Shown here: positions 1-10,066 of the stretch, in pieces
Layout: every line of letters starts with the position of its first letter
Position numbering within the stretch: the stretch's first letter is position 1
DNA from: Bradymonadia bacterium
Lineage (GTDB): Bacteria; Myxococcota_A; Bradymonadia; UBA7976; UBA1532
Reading direction: 5' to 3'
Assembly: GCA_046290225.1 (NCBI GenBank)
Contig: JBKAGE010000040.1
Span: forward strand, 1 to 64,000
DNA: 64,000 bases
The notes under the pieces: generated by a model
The model's input: only the letters and a program-made list of their open reading frames with translations
Databases searched by the model: none
What the model was told of the DNA's origin: nothing
Made by a program: the position numbers and the translations under genes

Positions 1-60
1 GTCCTCCGCTACACCACAAAACCTACCCTCAAAAGGGGGGTTGCGAATTGATAGAGAGTC

Positions 61-99
61 CGTGCCCGTGCCCGAAAACTGATCTGCGAGCGAAGCGAG
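61..99 (+). repeat. Partial REP-like element, (GTGCCC)2-GAAAACT...GCGAGCGAAGCGAG
   Basis: Nearly the same as the right arm of the inverted doublet at 52733-52783; lies just past the RCC1 gene stop. Confidence 0.7.
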
Positions 100-113
100 G
101 CCACCAAGCCCCA

Positions 114-2084
114 TCAACGCCCAAACCGAACATCCACAGGCACCGGCGTCGCCATCACCCGCCCCGTCCCCAGCTGCCCCATATCATCCACCCCCCAGCA
201 CAGCACCTCCCCCTTGGGCCGCGCCATGCAAGCGTGCTCGTGACCCACACCCAACGTCACCGAGGGCCCTGGTACCTCAGTCACCTCGTTGAGACGCTTC
301 TCACGCTCGCCATATGGGATGCCGGTCAGGTACTTCCCCCAGTACATGCAGCGCACGCGGCCATCAGCCGCCCGTGAGCAGAGCAGTTGATCATCCCTCT
401 GCACCTCGACAGCAGGGCTCAGCGCCTCGACCTTTCGAAGACCCACCGCCTTCATCTGCGGTTCACCCCAGTTCGCATCGAAGTACCAGCACCAGACCTC
501 GCCTTTCTTGGACACACCACAATGCTCAATTCCCCCAGTGAGTTGCTTCATCGGGGGGAGCCCCTTGATGATCACCGGCTTGGGATCAGGCTTCTTTGTC
601 GGGAAGTCCTCGTCGCCGTCGAAGCGATGATCCCGCCAGCACCACACCTTGCCCTTCTTCACCAGGGCGCACATCGTCTCCACCCCGCCTGCGAGCGCCG
701 TAGCGCCTTTGACCTTGGGCACCTGCTTCCAGCTCGACCAGCCACCCGCCTCTCCCTGGCCGTAGATACACCGCACGTGGCGGCTCTTGTCGATGACGCA
801 CACGTCGACGATGCGATTGAGAGCAATGTCTCGAGCGGTGGTGGTCAACGAGGGCGTGCTCAGACTGCTCCACCCGTCATAGCTGAAATAGCCGCAAGAG
901 GGCCGCCCGCTCACGAGGGCACAGATCGTCCCGTACGCCATGTCGAAGGTACTCACGGCGCCCCAAAAGCCCGCCTTGGCGATGCCGGACTTGTCCTTTC
1001 CGTTGTCTCCCCAACAACGGACCTCGCCGTGGGCAGTTTGAGCGCAGGTCTCGTGCCAGCCGCCACGGAGACGCACGACGTCGGAGATGCCCTGCGCAGC
1101 CTCGGGTGCCATGCGAAACCAGGGGCGGCCGTCACCGAGCTGGGCGTCTTCGTTCTTCCCCCAACACGACACTCGGCCGCCTGCCCGCAGAGCGCACGTG
1201 AACTGCCCGCCGAGGGCTACACCTGTGGCATCGGTGATGCCCTCGATGGGTGGAGACGCCCCCTCGTCCACGCGCTCGCCGTTGCTGAAGTCGTAGTTCG
1301 AGCCCCAGCACTGCACTCGACCGCTGATGACCGCACAGCTACGGCCGTCTCGGGCCACGAGGGGCTCTTTGCCGGTGAACGGGGCTTTGGGCTGGCCATC
1401 GGCCTCACCGCCCTGACACGACCATGTGCCCGCCTTGCGCATACATAGAGATTGATAGGTGCCGGTGATGCGCTCTACGCCCTCTACGGGCAGGCGGTGG
1501 GGTGTGTAGTCCTTCTGCTCCGGGCCGCCCGGTGCGGTGCCTCGACACCACACCTCGCCCCTGGCGAGCGATGCACAGGCAAACCGGCTCGAAAACACCA
1601 TGGAGGTGATCTTGCCTGTGACACCAAAGTCCACGGGCCTCTCGGCCTTGTGCTCCGCGTCCCAGCTCATCACGCCATAACAGCGGGCGCCCTTCGCGTC
1701 AGCGGCGCACACGACAGACTCACCGCTGAACAATCGGGTGATGCCAGATGGCTCCAAGACCTTGCCCTTGCCCTCGCCGTCCAGCCAGCCACCCCAACAC
1801 TTCATCTCCCCGCTGCGACGCAGCACACAGGTGAAGATGCCCGCCGCGGCGACGCCCATAGCATCTGTAATGCCTGGGATGGGCGCGGGCCGACCAGTGG
1901 GCATACCCTGGTCTCCCCTGCCGAGCTGGGCGTGCTCATTGTTGCCCCAACACCAGACCTCGCCCTTCCGCGTTCGAGCGCAGGCGTGCTCCCTGCTGAG
2001 CGAGAGTTCGACAACCTCTGGGGTGGCGGTGGAGGCAGGGGCCGACAAGATCGGCAACAACATCAGTGTGAAGGTGCTCAGCAC
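114..2084 (-). CDS. Secreted RCC1-repeat (beta-propeller) protein
   Basis: Repeated HACA...GEVWCWGxN...QLG and FTCALRAGGRVSCWG motifs; N-terminal signal peptide; GGAG upstream of GTG. Confidence 0.9.
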   Translation of the reverse strand: MLSTFTLMLLPILSAPASTATPEVVELSLSREHACARTRKGEVWCWGNNEHAQLGRGDQGMPTGRPAPIPGITDAMGVAAAGIFTCVLRRSGEMKCWGGWLDGEGKGKVLEPSGITRLFSGESVVCAADAKGARCYGVMSWDAEHKAERPVDFGVTGKITSMVFSSRFACASLARGEVWCRGTAPGGPEQKDYTPHRLPVEGVERITGTYQSLCMRKAGTWSCQGGEADGQPKAPFTGKEPLVARDGRSCAVISGRVQCWGSNYDFSNGERVDEGASPPIEGITDATGVALGGQFTCALRAGGRVSCWGKNEDAQLGDGRPWFRMAPEAAQGISDVVRLRGGWHETCAQTAHGEVRCWGDNGKDKSGIAKAGFWGAVSTFDMAYGTICALVSGRPSCGYFSYDGWSSLSTPSLTTTARDIALNRIVDVCVIDKSRHVRCIYGQGEAGGWSSWKQVPKVKGATALAGGVETMCALVKKGKVWCWRDHRFDGDEDFPTKKPDPKPVIIKGLPPMKQLTGGIEHCGVSKKGEVWCWYFDANWGEPQMKAVGLRKVEALSPAVEVQRDDQLLCSRAADGRVRCMYWGKYLTGIPYGEREKRLNEVTEVPGPSVTLGVGHEHACMARPKGEVLCWGVDDMGQLGTGRVMATPVPVDVRFGR

Positions 2085-2359
2085 GAAACGGCTCTCCTGG
2101 AATGCAGGGCCGCCATCATAGGCAGTGTGTGCAGGTCAGAGAAGCACGCTCAACGCTCGAACCCCACCTCGATCGGAGTCGTAGACGACTTCAGCCGAGG
2201 CCCGCCCAGCTGACCCTTGTCGTCGAGGCCCCAACACAACACCTCCCCTTTTGGGCGCGCCAGACAGAGCGACACGCTGGATATTCAACGACGGCTGATT
2301 CGGAGAGATCTATCAGGAGGGCTGATGCAGGCAGGTGTGTGCAGAGGCGCTGGAGCAGA

Positions 2360-4609
2360 TTACTCCACAGGGGTGACCACCACCCGAATCAAGCGCGAGG
2401 CCATGGGCAGGGGCCAGACATCCTCGTCGGCGAGGCGGACCGTGCCGTCGCCCTCGGCAGCGCCGGTGTCGGGGCCCGCCTGACGGGGGGCCTGGTCAGC
2501 GCCACCAGCCCCGGCCTGGTTGGCTTCGGTGCCCGCATCCCAGGCGCCGAGGAGTCCCTCGATGTCGGCGGCGATCATCTCGACCGGCCGTGGCTCGCCG
2601 GCCTCGTCGAGCAGGGCCACGCCGGTGAGAGCCAGGAAGGTGTCGTTCGAGGGCACCACCATCGAGGTCAGGCTCAAGAAGCGCGCATCTGCCGAAGGCG
2701 TCACCGTGAAGGTGTACATGCCACCATCGAAGATGGGGCCGGGCGCCTCAGCGCCCACGGCCATGGCCATCACACCTGCAGCCTCGACCCCCTCGGCACC
2801 TTCCAGCTCACCTACGAGGCCCGCCGGATCACCATCCTCCGCCAGGGCTTCGAGGCCCGCAGAGGCCTCGGCGCCGGCGGTGAACATCGACGACGCACCG
2901 TCGTGAATCGCCCAGGCCACCGGGGTCAAGACGCCGGGGAATGCGGTGCCGGCACTGGTGTTGGCCACAGTGATCTCGAAGCTGCCGGGGACCTCGGAAG
3001 GCACCACGGTCACCGAGGCGAAGCCGCCGAGGCCCGGGCCGGAGAGATCGTTGGTGGCGTCGCTGTAGATGCGCACGTTGCCGTTCTCATCGGCGCCGGT
3101 GTTGCCGCCATCCTGACGCGGGGCCTGATCCGGACCCACGCCGGGCACCTGGTTCATCTCGGTGCCGGCATCCCAGACCTGCAGCGTCGCCTTGATGGCT
3201 GCCCGGATCTCCGTGGCAGGGCGCAGGTTGCCCGCATCGTCGAGCAAGGGCACACCAGAAGCCGGTGGGGCGAGGAAGGCGTCGTTGCTCTGCACCACCA
3301 TGGCCGCCAGGGTCAGGTAGGGGGCCTCGGCGGTGGGGCTCACCGTGAAGCGGTAGCGCTCGCCAGGGAACGCCGGCCCGGGATCATCCTCGGGGCGCTC
3401 CACGGTGATGGGGGCAGCGCCGATGGCGCCGATGCCCTCAGCACCAGTGTGGCTCGCCACCAGGGCCATGGGCGAGCCGTCCTCTGCGAGGATCTCGAGG
3501 CCCTCGCCGCGATCAGGGGCACCGGCCTCGAAGAGGCTCCAGGTGTCGTCGTGGGTGGCCCAGAAGACCGGGGCGATGGGGGTGGGCAGCAGGCCCGCCT
3601 CACCGGAGATGTTGATGATGTCGATGGTGTAGCCCCCTTCGGTCTCGGCCACCTCGACATCGACGAGGGCGAGGCTGTTAGGGATCGCGCGGGTGCTGTT
3701 GTTGAAGGGCCGCACCACCCCTTCCATGGCACCGGTGTCGGGGCCCGCCTGACGAGGTGCCTGATTGGGTCCCATGGCCGGGGCTTCGTTGGACTCAGTG
3801 CCAGAATCCCAGAGGCCGATGCCCTCCACCTCGAGGGCCTGAGCGATGGGCGCCCCTGCGTCGTCGAAGAGGGCGATGGGGGTGTCGGTGTTGAAGAACA
3901 GGTCGTTCGATTGCACGTACATGGTGGCGAGGCCCAGGTAAGGGGTCTCGGCGCTGGCTTCTACGGTGAAGACATAGCTCTGGCCAGGGAACAACGGCCC
4001 CGGGCCCTCAGCCCCTTCTGGCGTAGTGAAGGCACCTGCGATGATCTCTGCGGCCTCCAGCGACTCGACGAGCTCCGCGGGGGAGCCATCCTCTGCAAGG
4101 GCCTCGAGGCCTTCGCCTCGATCAGGCTCACCATCTGTGAAGAGGCTGGCGTCACCATCGTGCAGCCACCACACACCAGGGGCGAAGGGGCTCGGTTGCA
4201 CACTTGCACCGGAGATGTTCTCCACCCGTACCTCAAAGAGCGCAGTCTCGGGCTCGCCACCTCCGGCACCGCCTTCGCCGCCTCCACCGGCCTCGCCTCC
4301 AGCACCCCCGACGGGCTCACCGCCGGCGCCACCTTCACCTCCGCCGCCGGCTTCACCACCAGCGCCGCCCACCGGATCGCCTCCGGCGCCGCCTTCGCCG
4401 CCTCCACCGGCCTCACCTCCGGCGCCACCGGCGGGCTCACCGCCAGCGCCGCCTTCTCCGCCGCCTCCAGCGCCGGCGACACCGCCTCCGGCGCCTCCTG
4501 GATCACCGCCGCTGTTGCTGTCGTCATCGTCACACCCGGCAAGGGTGAGGGCAGCAGCCGCCAGGACTATGGGCAAACGTCGACCGTTGAGAACATTGCG
4601 CACGCTCAT
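2360..4609 (-). CDS. Lipoprotein with Gly-rich linker and three spondin_N-like domains
   Basis: Lipobox LAGC; three copies of GLEALAEDG...M(Y/V)VxSND.F...WD(A/S)GTE.N; SD GAGGT before ATG 4609. Confidence 0.85.
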   Translation of the reverse strand: MSVRNVLNGRRLPIVLAAAALTLAGCDDDDSNSGGDPGGAGGGVAGAGGGGEGGAGGEPAGGAGGEAGGGGEGGAGGDPVGGAGGEAGGGGEGGAGGEPVGGAGGEAGGGGEGGAGGGEPETALFEVRVENISGASVQPSPFAPGVWWLHDGDASLFTDGEPDRGEGLEALAEDGSPAELVESLEAAEIIAGAFTTPEGAEGPGPLFPGQSYVFTVEASAETPYLGLATMYVQSNDLFFNTDTPIALFDDAGAPIAQALEVEGIGLWDSGTESNEAPAMGPNQAPRQAGPDTGAMEGVVRPFNNSTRAIPNSLALVDVEVAETEGGYTIDIINISGEAGLLPTPIAPVFWATHDDTWSLFEAGAPDRGEGLEILAEDGSPMALVASHTGAEGIGAIGAAPITVERPEDDPGPAFPGERYRFTVSPTAEAPYLTLAAMVVQSNDAFLAPPASGVPLLDDAGNLRPATEIRAAIKATLQVWDAGTEMNQVPGVGPDQAPRQDGGNTGADENGNVRIYSDATNDLSGPGLGGFASVTVVPSEVPGSFEITVANTSAGTAFPGVLTPVAWAIHDGASSMFTAGAEASAGLEALAEDGDPAGLVGELEGAEGVEAAGVMAMAVGAEAPGPIFDGGMYTFTVTPSADARFLSLTSMVVPSNDTFLALTGVALLDEAGEPRPVEMIAADIEGLLGAWDAGTEANQAGAGGADQAPRQAGPDTGAAEGDGTVRLADEDVWPLPMASRLIRVVVTPVE
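4255..4500 (-). repeat. Coding 60-bp tandem repeat (about 4 copies, GGAGGEAGGGGEGGAGGEPx)
   Basis: 60-nt periodicity visible in consecutive sequence lines 4261-4500. Confidence 0.85.
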
Positions 4610-4689
4610 CATACACCTCATCTATTTGAGTATTACTCGACACGCAGGTCAGGACGCACGACAGATACAGCCGTGTGTTCGATGGGGTG

Positions 4690-4715
4690 TACGCCGGGGA
4701 TGGGAGGCTGTTACA
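4690..4715 (-). promoter_or_regulatory. Candidate ECF sigma promoter TGTAAC-N16-CGTA upstream of spondin gene
   Basis: Minus strand TGTAAC(4715-4710) agcctcccatccccgg CGTA(4693-4690); same boxes and spacing as 25266-25291. Confidence 0.55.
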
Positions 4716-4785
4716 GCGGTTCTGATTCGGAGAGGAAATTTTATGCAGTGCATCACTGTTGAGGGGCACTACTCGGAGAACCTCT

Positions 4786-7700
4786 TCAGGGGTTGGGGTG
4801 ACCGGCCATCACCGCCCATACGCCATCTTGCAGTCGGCCCTGCAGCGTACCGCTGCGGAGATCGTACCCCGAGGTCAAATCGATGATCCCGTCTTCAGTC
4901 AGCCCATAAAGACGGGCCCCGCGAGCCTGCTCTCCGAGCTGTACCGAGAGAGACACGCGATCTGCCTGGCGCACTGACAACTCATCCACGCGCATGGGCG
5001 CCTGCCCTTCTACAGGGCTCACCCCGCGGGGCAGCCCCATCACGATCGGGGTGAGGCGCATGCCGAGCGCTCCGTCGCCAGGGGCCACCTCTGCAGACCA
5101 GCCCATGCCCAAGGCCCCTCGGCCCCCACGCTCCGTGGCGCGCACCGTACTCATCGTGTCCACGAGGCGCTCCACCAGGGACTCGGTGAGCATCACGTGC
5201 GTCACGGGCAGCTCGACGGCGCGCCCTGCTCTGCTCTGGCCAAGCTGCGTCATCTCCTGCTCGATCAAACGCTGAATCGGGTCGTGAGCGTCACGCCGGG
5301 GGAGGCGGGCCACAGCCTGCTCCAAGCGCGTGCGATCGATCGGATCCCACAGGCCATCGGCGAGCTGACTCAGCGCGTACAGCCCCATGCAGGGGTCATC
5401 GCCCATGGGCGAGGGCTGCGCCGCCCAGCACCACGACTCGAGATAGATGGGCAGGCCGGTCATCATCCACTCTGGCAGCTCATGCACCTCGTCGTTCTCA
5501 CCGCTGATGATCCCCGTGCACTGATCCCAGGCGAGCTGAGTCTGGGGGGTGTCGGGCACGTTCAAGATGAAGTCGATCACCAGGTCATCGTGTGCAGAGA
5601 GGATGCCGTCGGTCACTGTGGCCTCGATGGTCCGGCTCGCCGTGTAGGTGCCGCCAGGGGCATAACACATGGGGGAGAACAAGCCGCCCGTGGGGTAGCT
5701 CACCGAATAGTTCAGCTCGCCTTCCTGGGGCACCGCGCCGCCAAAGTCATTGGCGATGACACCACCGGCCCCTACCTTGAAGTCCATGCTGAGCGCCGCA
5801 GCGGGATCGTCGGCGTCGTTCACCCAGACCGAGAAGGGCATCGAGATCGACTGCTCACCCCAGGGCACGTGCACGATGGCCGGCGCCGTCACCAGCACCT
5901 CGGGGGCCTCGTTGTCGGTGACGACGAGGGTCTCTGCCTTGATGTTGTTGGATTCACTCTCCTCGACGACGGCGCCAAACAGATCCAGTGCGTAGACCAG
6001 CGTGTAGCGCCGCACGACGTGGCCATTGATCACCTCGGTGGAGCCTGTGTCGGTCATGTTGAAGGTGACGTTGTCCTGTACGACGCTCCCGGAGGCCATC
6101 GCCGGTGCACTCTGCGAGGCGGTGAACAGCAACGACCCGGTCACGGCGTCGTACACCGAGTAGCCGCGCTCGAAGCCTTCAGCATCCACGGCGCCCTTGT
6201 TCCCGAACGTCAGGGGCGCGGTGAAGTTTATGAAGCCATTGCCAGGGGGGGCCATCGACGTCGGCGGCTCGAACTGTGACACGTACAGATCAGCGCAGCC
6301 GATGCCCACGGTGTGCTCGTTGTTGAGCTGGTGAGCGTAGGGCTCCGGCAGGCTGCCCGGGCCGAAGGGGTTGATGTGCAGCCGCACCGTGCCACCACAG
6401 CCCGGGTGGGGCAGCCCGCTCATGTCGACGACGTGACTCAGCGCCGTGGAGAACCCAGGTGAGATGGGCGGCACGAAGAAGCTGTCGGTGGTCACCACGC
6501 TCCCATCAGTGGCCAGCACATCGACAGTGATCTGGGCGCTGGCGAAGGTCCGGCCATCGCCGATGTTGCTCGCCTCACCGCCGATGCGCAGGTTTCCACC
6601 ACTCAGGCGGCTCACTGTGGGGCTCAGGGTCAAATCCGGGGCCACTACGGTAGCGGTGACGTTGTCGGTGACCTGGTTGCCGGTGCTGCCCACCCCCTTG
6701 GCGGTCACCGTGATGGGACCGAGCGGGTAGAACGCGTTGTCGGAGATGGGGTTGCCGGTGCCGATGACCCCGACGCCGTTGGAGAGCGCCCAGGTCACCG
6801 TGGGGGCGTCCCCGGTCCGATCGAGGGCGTTGGCCGAGAAAGTCGTGGGCTGGCCATAGTGAATCTGCTGGCCGTCTCCGGGTAGGGTGATGTCGAGCAG
6901 CATGTCGATGCCCAGCACCTCAAAGACGGATCCCCGGGCGTTGACGATGCGGTTCACCCGATCGTCGGGGCTGGGGTGGGCGTTGTTGAGCAGCCGGGAC
7001 TCGACGGTGTTGGCGCTCTGGCCGGGATCGGCGGCCCAGATGAGGGCGGCGACCCCGGCGACGAAGGGGCTGGCAAAGCTGGTGCCGCTCACGTCGTCCA
7101 AACGCCCTGGCGCGTTGGGATCGATGGGGGTCTCCGGCACCAGCACGGTGCCAGGGCCCCAGATGTCGACGCTGTCGCCCTTCCCCTGGCCAAAGACAGA
7201 GAAGCCAGCCTTGAACTGGCTGTTCCGGCCGAGCCCGCCCACACAGATCACCCCCGCGTTCTCACAGGGGGCGGTCCACTCCACCTCCCAGCACGCGCCG
7301 AGGAAGCAGGTCTCTCGATCGACGTTCTCGTTGTCATTGCCCGCAGCAGCGAAGAGCAGCGTGCCCGATGCCCGAGTGGCGGCGGTCACCGCCTCAAAGG
7401 GGTACAAGGTCCAGGAGATCCACCAGACCACGTCGACGCTGTAGCTCATGTTGATGATGTCGGCCCCCATGACCGCGGCGTGAGGCACCGTGCCGAGGGA
7501 GTCGATCATCAGCCACTCGCTGCGGTTGATGACGACCGCGTCGGCTACAGGCCCTGCAGGGCCCGCGGCGCCGAAGCCGTTGTCCACGATCCCCATGGCC
7601 GCGGCGACGACGTCAGCACCGTGGGTGGGGCACGCGTTGCCTCCGCCGCACGGGATCGGGTTCGGCTCTTCGAAGGCGTCCGCCCACGGATCCACCGCTG

Positions 7701-8613
7701 CAGCCCCCACGACATGAGGGAAGTCAGGGTTGTTCTCTCTGAAGAACCCACCATCGATGACCCCGATGGTGATGGTGTTGGGGTTGAGCACCCCTGCAGA
7801 GGCCATGGCCTGCCAGGCGACGTCGACGCCGATGTCCTGGTTCGAGCCACTGTTCATGTAGTTGAGCTGGAATGCGTCGACGGTGCTGTTGACGCCCACG
7901 AAACCGCTCTGCTGTGCCCAGGGGACGTTGACCCCTTCGGTCGTGACGCCATCAGGGATGGCCTGTGGGGTGAGTTGCCAGTTCACCCCCACGCTGATGC
8001 CGTCCATGGCCAGGGCGGCGGCGATGGCCAGCAAGCTGGCTCCACGCTCGGAAGAGATGCGGGCCTCACCGGGGCGCCGATCGTTGAGATCGTCGAGACG
8101 CTCGCCGAGGCGGGACCAGGACTCCTGAGTCGGATCGAGGCGCACCAAGAAAGTCGACGGCACTCCAGCGAGGCCATGGCGACCGGGTACGATCCGCTGG
8201 GTGATCTCACCCCCGAGACTGTCGACGATGCCCCGCAACAGATCGAAGTCGTCGGTCTGTACGATCAGCTCGTTGTCGACGAAGGTGCTGATCGTGCCAT
8301 TGGGGCGCAGCACCCCGGCCAGCGGCCGGCCGCTGCGGGTGTGAGATGCGTGACGCAGCGTGTCGTCGATGATGACCTCGAGGCCTTCTCGGCGCTCTTC
8401 CTCCCTCTGGTCCTCTTCAGCTCGGCGGTCGCTCTGCTCTCGAGTGACCGCCTCCTGGTCGTAGATGCCCCGCTCGTAGGTACCGCTGGTACCACTGCCA
8501 CCCGTGATGGTGCCCCCGCCTCGCTGGGCGAATCCGGGGTTGACCCCGAGGGCACATACAGTGGCCGCCCCGAGGGCGGCGACGTGTCGAAACAAGCGTG
8601 ATGGGGTGTGCAT
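4786..8613 (-). CDS. Secreted S8 subtilisin-like protease with C-terminal CARDB/Ig-like domains
   Basis: Triad motifs IGVIDGG, THGADV, SGTSFASP; oxyanion AAAGND; VEESESNN CARDB-type ending; signal peptide; SD GGAGAGGA before ATG 8613. Confidence 0.9.
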   Translation of the reverse strand: MHTPSRLFRHVAALGAATVCALGVNPGFAQRGGGTITGGSGTSGTYERGIYDQEAVTREQSDRRAEEDQREEERREGLEVIIDDTLRHASHTRSGRPLAGVLRPNGTISTFVDNELIVQTDDFDLLRGIVDSLGGEITQRIVPGRHGLAGVPSTFLVRLDPTQESWSRLGERLDDLNDRRPGEARISSERGASLLAIAAALAMDGISVGVNWQLTPQAIPDGVTTEGVNVPWAQQSGFVGVNSTVDAFQLNYMNSGSNQDIGVDVAWQAMASAGVLNPNTITIGVIDGGFFRENNPDFPHVVGAAAVDPWADAFEEPNPIPCGGGNACPTHGADVVAAAMGIVDNGFGAAGPAGPVADAVVINRSEWLMIDSLGTVPHAAVMGADIINMSYSVDVVWWISWTLYPFEAVTAATRASGTLLFAAAGNDNENVDRETCFLGACWEVEWTAPCENAGVICVGGLGRNSQFKAGFSVFGQGKGDSVDIWGPGTVLVPETPIDPNAPGRLDDVSGTSFASPFVAGVAALIWAADPGQSANTVESRLLNNAHPSPDDRVNRIVNARGSVFEVLGIDMLLDITLPGDGQQIHYGQPTTFSANALDRTGDAPTVTWALSNGVGVIGTGNPISDNAFYPLGPITVTAKGVGSTGNQVTDNVTATVVAPDLTLSPTVSRLSGGNLRIGGEASNIGDGRTFASAQITVDVLATDGSVVTTDSFFVPPISPGFSTALSHVVDMSGLPHPGCGGTVRLHINPFGPGSLPEPYAHQLNNEHTVGIGCADLYVSQFEPPTSMAPPGNGFINFTAPLTFGNKGAVDAEGFERGYSVYDAVTGSLLFTASQSAPAMASGSVVQDNVTFNMTDTGSTEVINGHVVRRYTLVYALDLFGAVVEESESNNIKAETLVVTDNEAPEVLVTAPAIVHVPWGEQSISMPFSVWVNDADDPAAALSMDFKVGAGGVIANDFGGAVPQEGELNYSVSYPTGGLFSPMCYAPGGTYTASRTIEATVTDGILSAHDDLVIDFILNVPDTPQTQLAWDQCTGIISGENDEVHELPEWMMTGLPIYLESWCWAAQPSPMGDDPCMGLYALSQLADGLWDPIDRTRLEQAVARLPRRDAHDPIQRLIEQEMTQLGQSRAGRAVELPVTHVMLTESLVERLVDTMSTVRATERGGRGALGMGWSAEVAPGDGALGMRLTPIVMGLPRGVSPVEGQAPMRVDELSVRQADRVSLSVQLGEQARGARLYGLTEDGIIDLTSGYDLRSGTLQGRLQDGVWAVMAGHPNP

Positions 8614-8714
8614 CGAGTCCTCTCCTGTCGTGTTCCAGTGATCGCGCACCGGGCCTTTACAGGTGGGGTCTCGACTTCTTTTTTGCGCTGGCAGGTTTCA
8701 GAGAAAAGGGCGGC

Positions 8715-9500
8715 TCACTCGCGGATCTGGTAGCCCCGTGCGGTGGCCCTGACCACAGGAGGCACCTTCGACGCTTCGAAGGCGGCATACCCGACCTCGA
8801 GGGTGTCCCAGAAGGCCCGCAAGCTGTCATCTTCGCTCTCGGCCATCGACCGCAGGCCCTTGCAGAGGGGCTGGTCCATCCTGCAGGGGAACACGTGCAC
8901 GGGCAGCCGACGCTGACCGGCGTCTCGGCTGTGCACCGCTGCGACATAGAGATACGACATGGGGCCATCTTCGAGGGGCATGCACCCGATGGTGACGCAG
9001 TCACCGTGGATGAAGATGTCACCCCCAGGCGGTCGGCGGCCCGATCGTGTGCGGTCGACGGCGTTGGGATAGTTGAGACCCAGCGACAGATGAAAACGGC
9101 TCGCGGGGTTGAACCGATCGACGTGATAGAAGCCCTCAGGCACCTGCATGTCGCCAGACTGCACCTTGGGACCGAGCACGCCACTGGCCATGCAGATCTC
9201 GAAGTCTCTGACCTTCACCCACGAGCGCCCACGCCGAGGGGCCGCCCACAGCTCGATGAGCCCCTCGCCTTTGAAGGCTCTCAGGAAAACCCCTGCTGGA
9301 GGCCACTGCGCCCCAGCTTTGCGAAAGTCTGCTTTGACATCGTCCACATAGCGTTTCTCCGCAGCCCGAACGCGGGGGTATCTCAGCTGCTTCTTCAGAT
9401 ACTCCCCCGCCTCCGCGGGCTGAGGCCAGAGGCTGATCCCGCTCGCAACGAGGGCGAGAAAACAACAAACGATTCGAATCAAAACGCGTGAGCATGGCAT
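8715..9500 (-). CDS. YkuD/L,D-transpeptidase family protein (YafK/DpaA-like)
   Basis: GPKVQSGDMQVPEGFY, FNPASRFHLSLGLNYPN, GGDIFIHGDCVTIGC catalytic H...C; start uncertain. Confidence 0.88.
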   Translation of the reverse strand: MPCSRVLIRIVCCFLALVASGISLWPQPAEAGEYLKKQLRYPRVRAAEKRYVDDVKADFRKAGAQWPPAGVFLRAFKGEGLIELWAAPRRGRSWVKVRDFEICMASGVLGPKVQSGDMQVPEGFYHVDRFNPASRFHLSLGLNYPNAVDRTRSGRRPPGGDIFIHGDCVTIGCMPLEDGPMSYLYVAAVHSRDAGQRRLPVHVFPCRMDQPLCKGLRSMAESEDDSLRAFWDTLEVGYAAFEASKVPPVVRATARGYQIRE

Positions 9501-9571
9501 ACATGCCAATTACGCTGTACGTGCTCGATCGATCTGTAGACACGGATTTTCTTTCTTTTCAGGAGATAAGT

Positions 9572-10000
9572 GTGGGCCGCAAGCAGCAAAAACGCGACGT
9601 GAACGCCGAGAGCGCAGCTGGATTTTCGAGCTCTTTTGGTGATCTGCTCAAGGGCGCGGGCTTTGATACCGCTCCCTCAGAAGAGCAGTCCGCAGACACG
9701 TCGACCACGGAGGCCGCCTCCACGACGCCGGATATCGCGTATGATCTCAGCCGCTGTGGTGGCCTGGTCCTGCGCAAGGAGCGCAAGGGTCGGGGTGGCA
9801 AAACCGTCACACGGCTCACGGGCCGCGGCGATGCCGACGTGGGCCTGAGCGCCCCTGACCTCAAGGCTCTGGCCAAAGATCTGCGCAAAGCCCTGGGCTG
9901 TGGCGCAAGCATCGAAAACGGCGAGCTCGTGCTTCAGGGCGACATCGCCCCTCGAGCCGCCGAGTGGCTCACCGCCCACGGAGCGGTCGTCTCTCACTGA
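9572..10000 (+). CDS. yciH: Translation initiation factor SUI1 family protein
   Basis: ERKGRGGKTVT and LAKDLRKALGCGASIENGELVLQGD; SD AGGAG before GTG 9572. Confidence 0.88.
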   Translation: MGRKQQKRDVNAESAAGFSSSFGDLLKGAGFDTAPSEEQSADTSTTEAASTTPDIAYDLSRCGGLVLRKERKGRGGKTVTRLTGRGDADVGLSAPDLKALAKDLRKALGCGASIENGELVLQGDIAPRAAEWLTAHGAVVSH

Positions 10001-10066
10001 GAGGCTCGTTACACTACAGACTCGGTCCTGGGACGCTGGGGCCAGTCTGGATCAATGGGGGAACCC

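Noticed and set aside
2102..4762. 886-aa + strand ORF, and similar long ORFs such as 25605-28976, 6976-8601, 29883-31427, 38168-39715
   Set aside because: Antisense shadows of well-supported genes in high-GC DNA; no recognisable motifs
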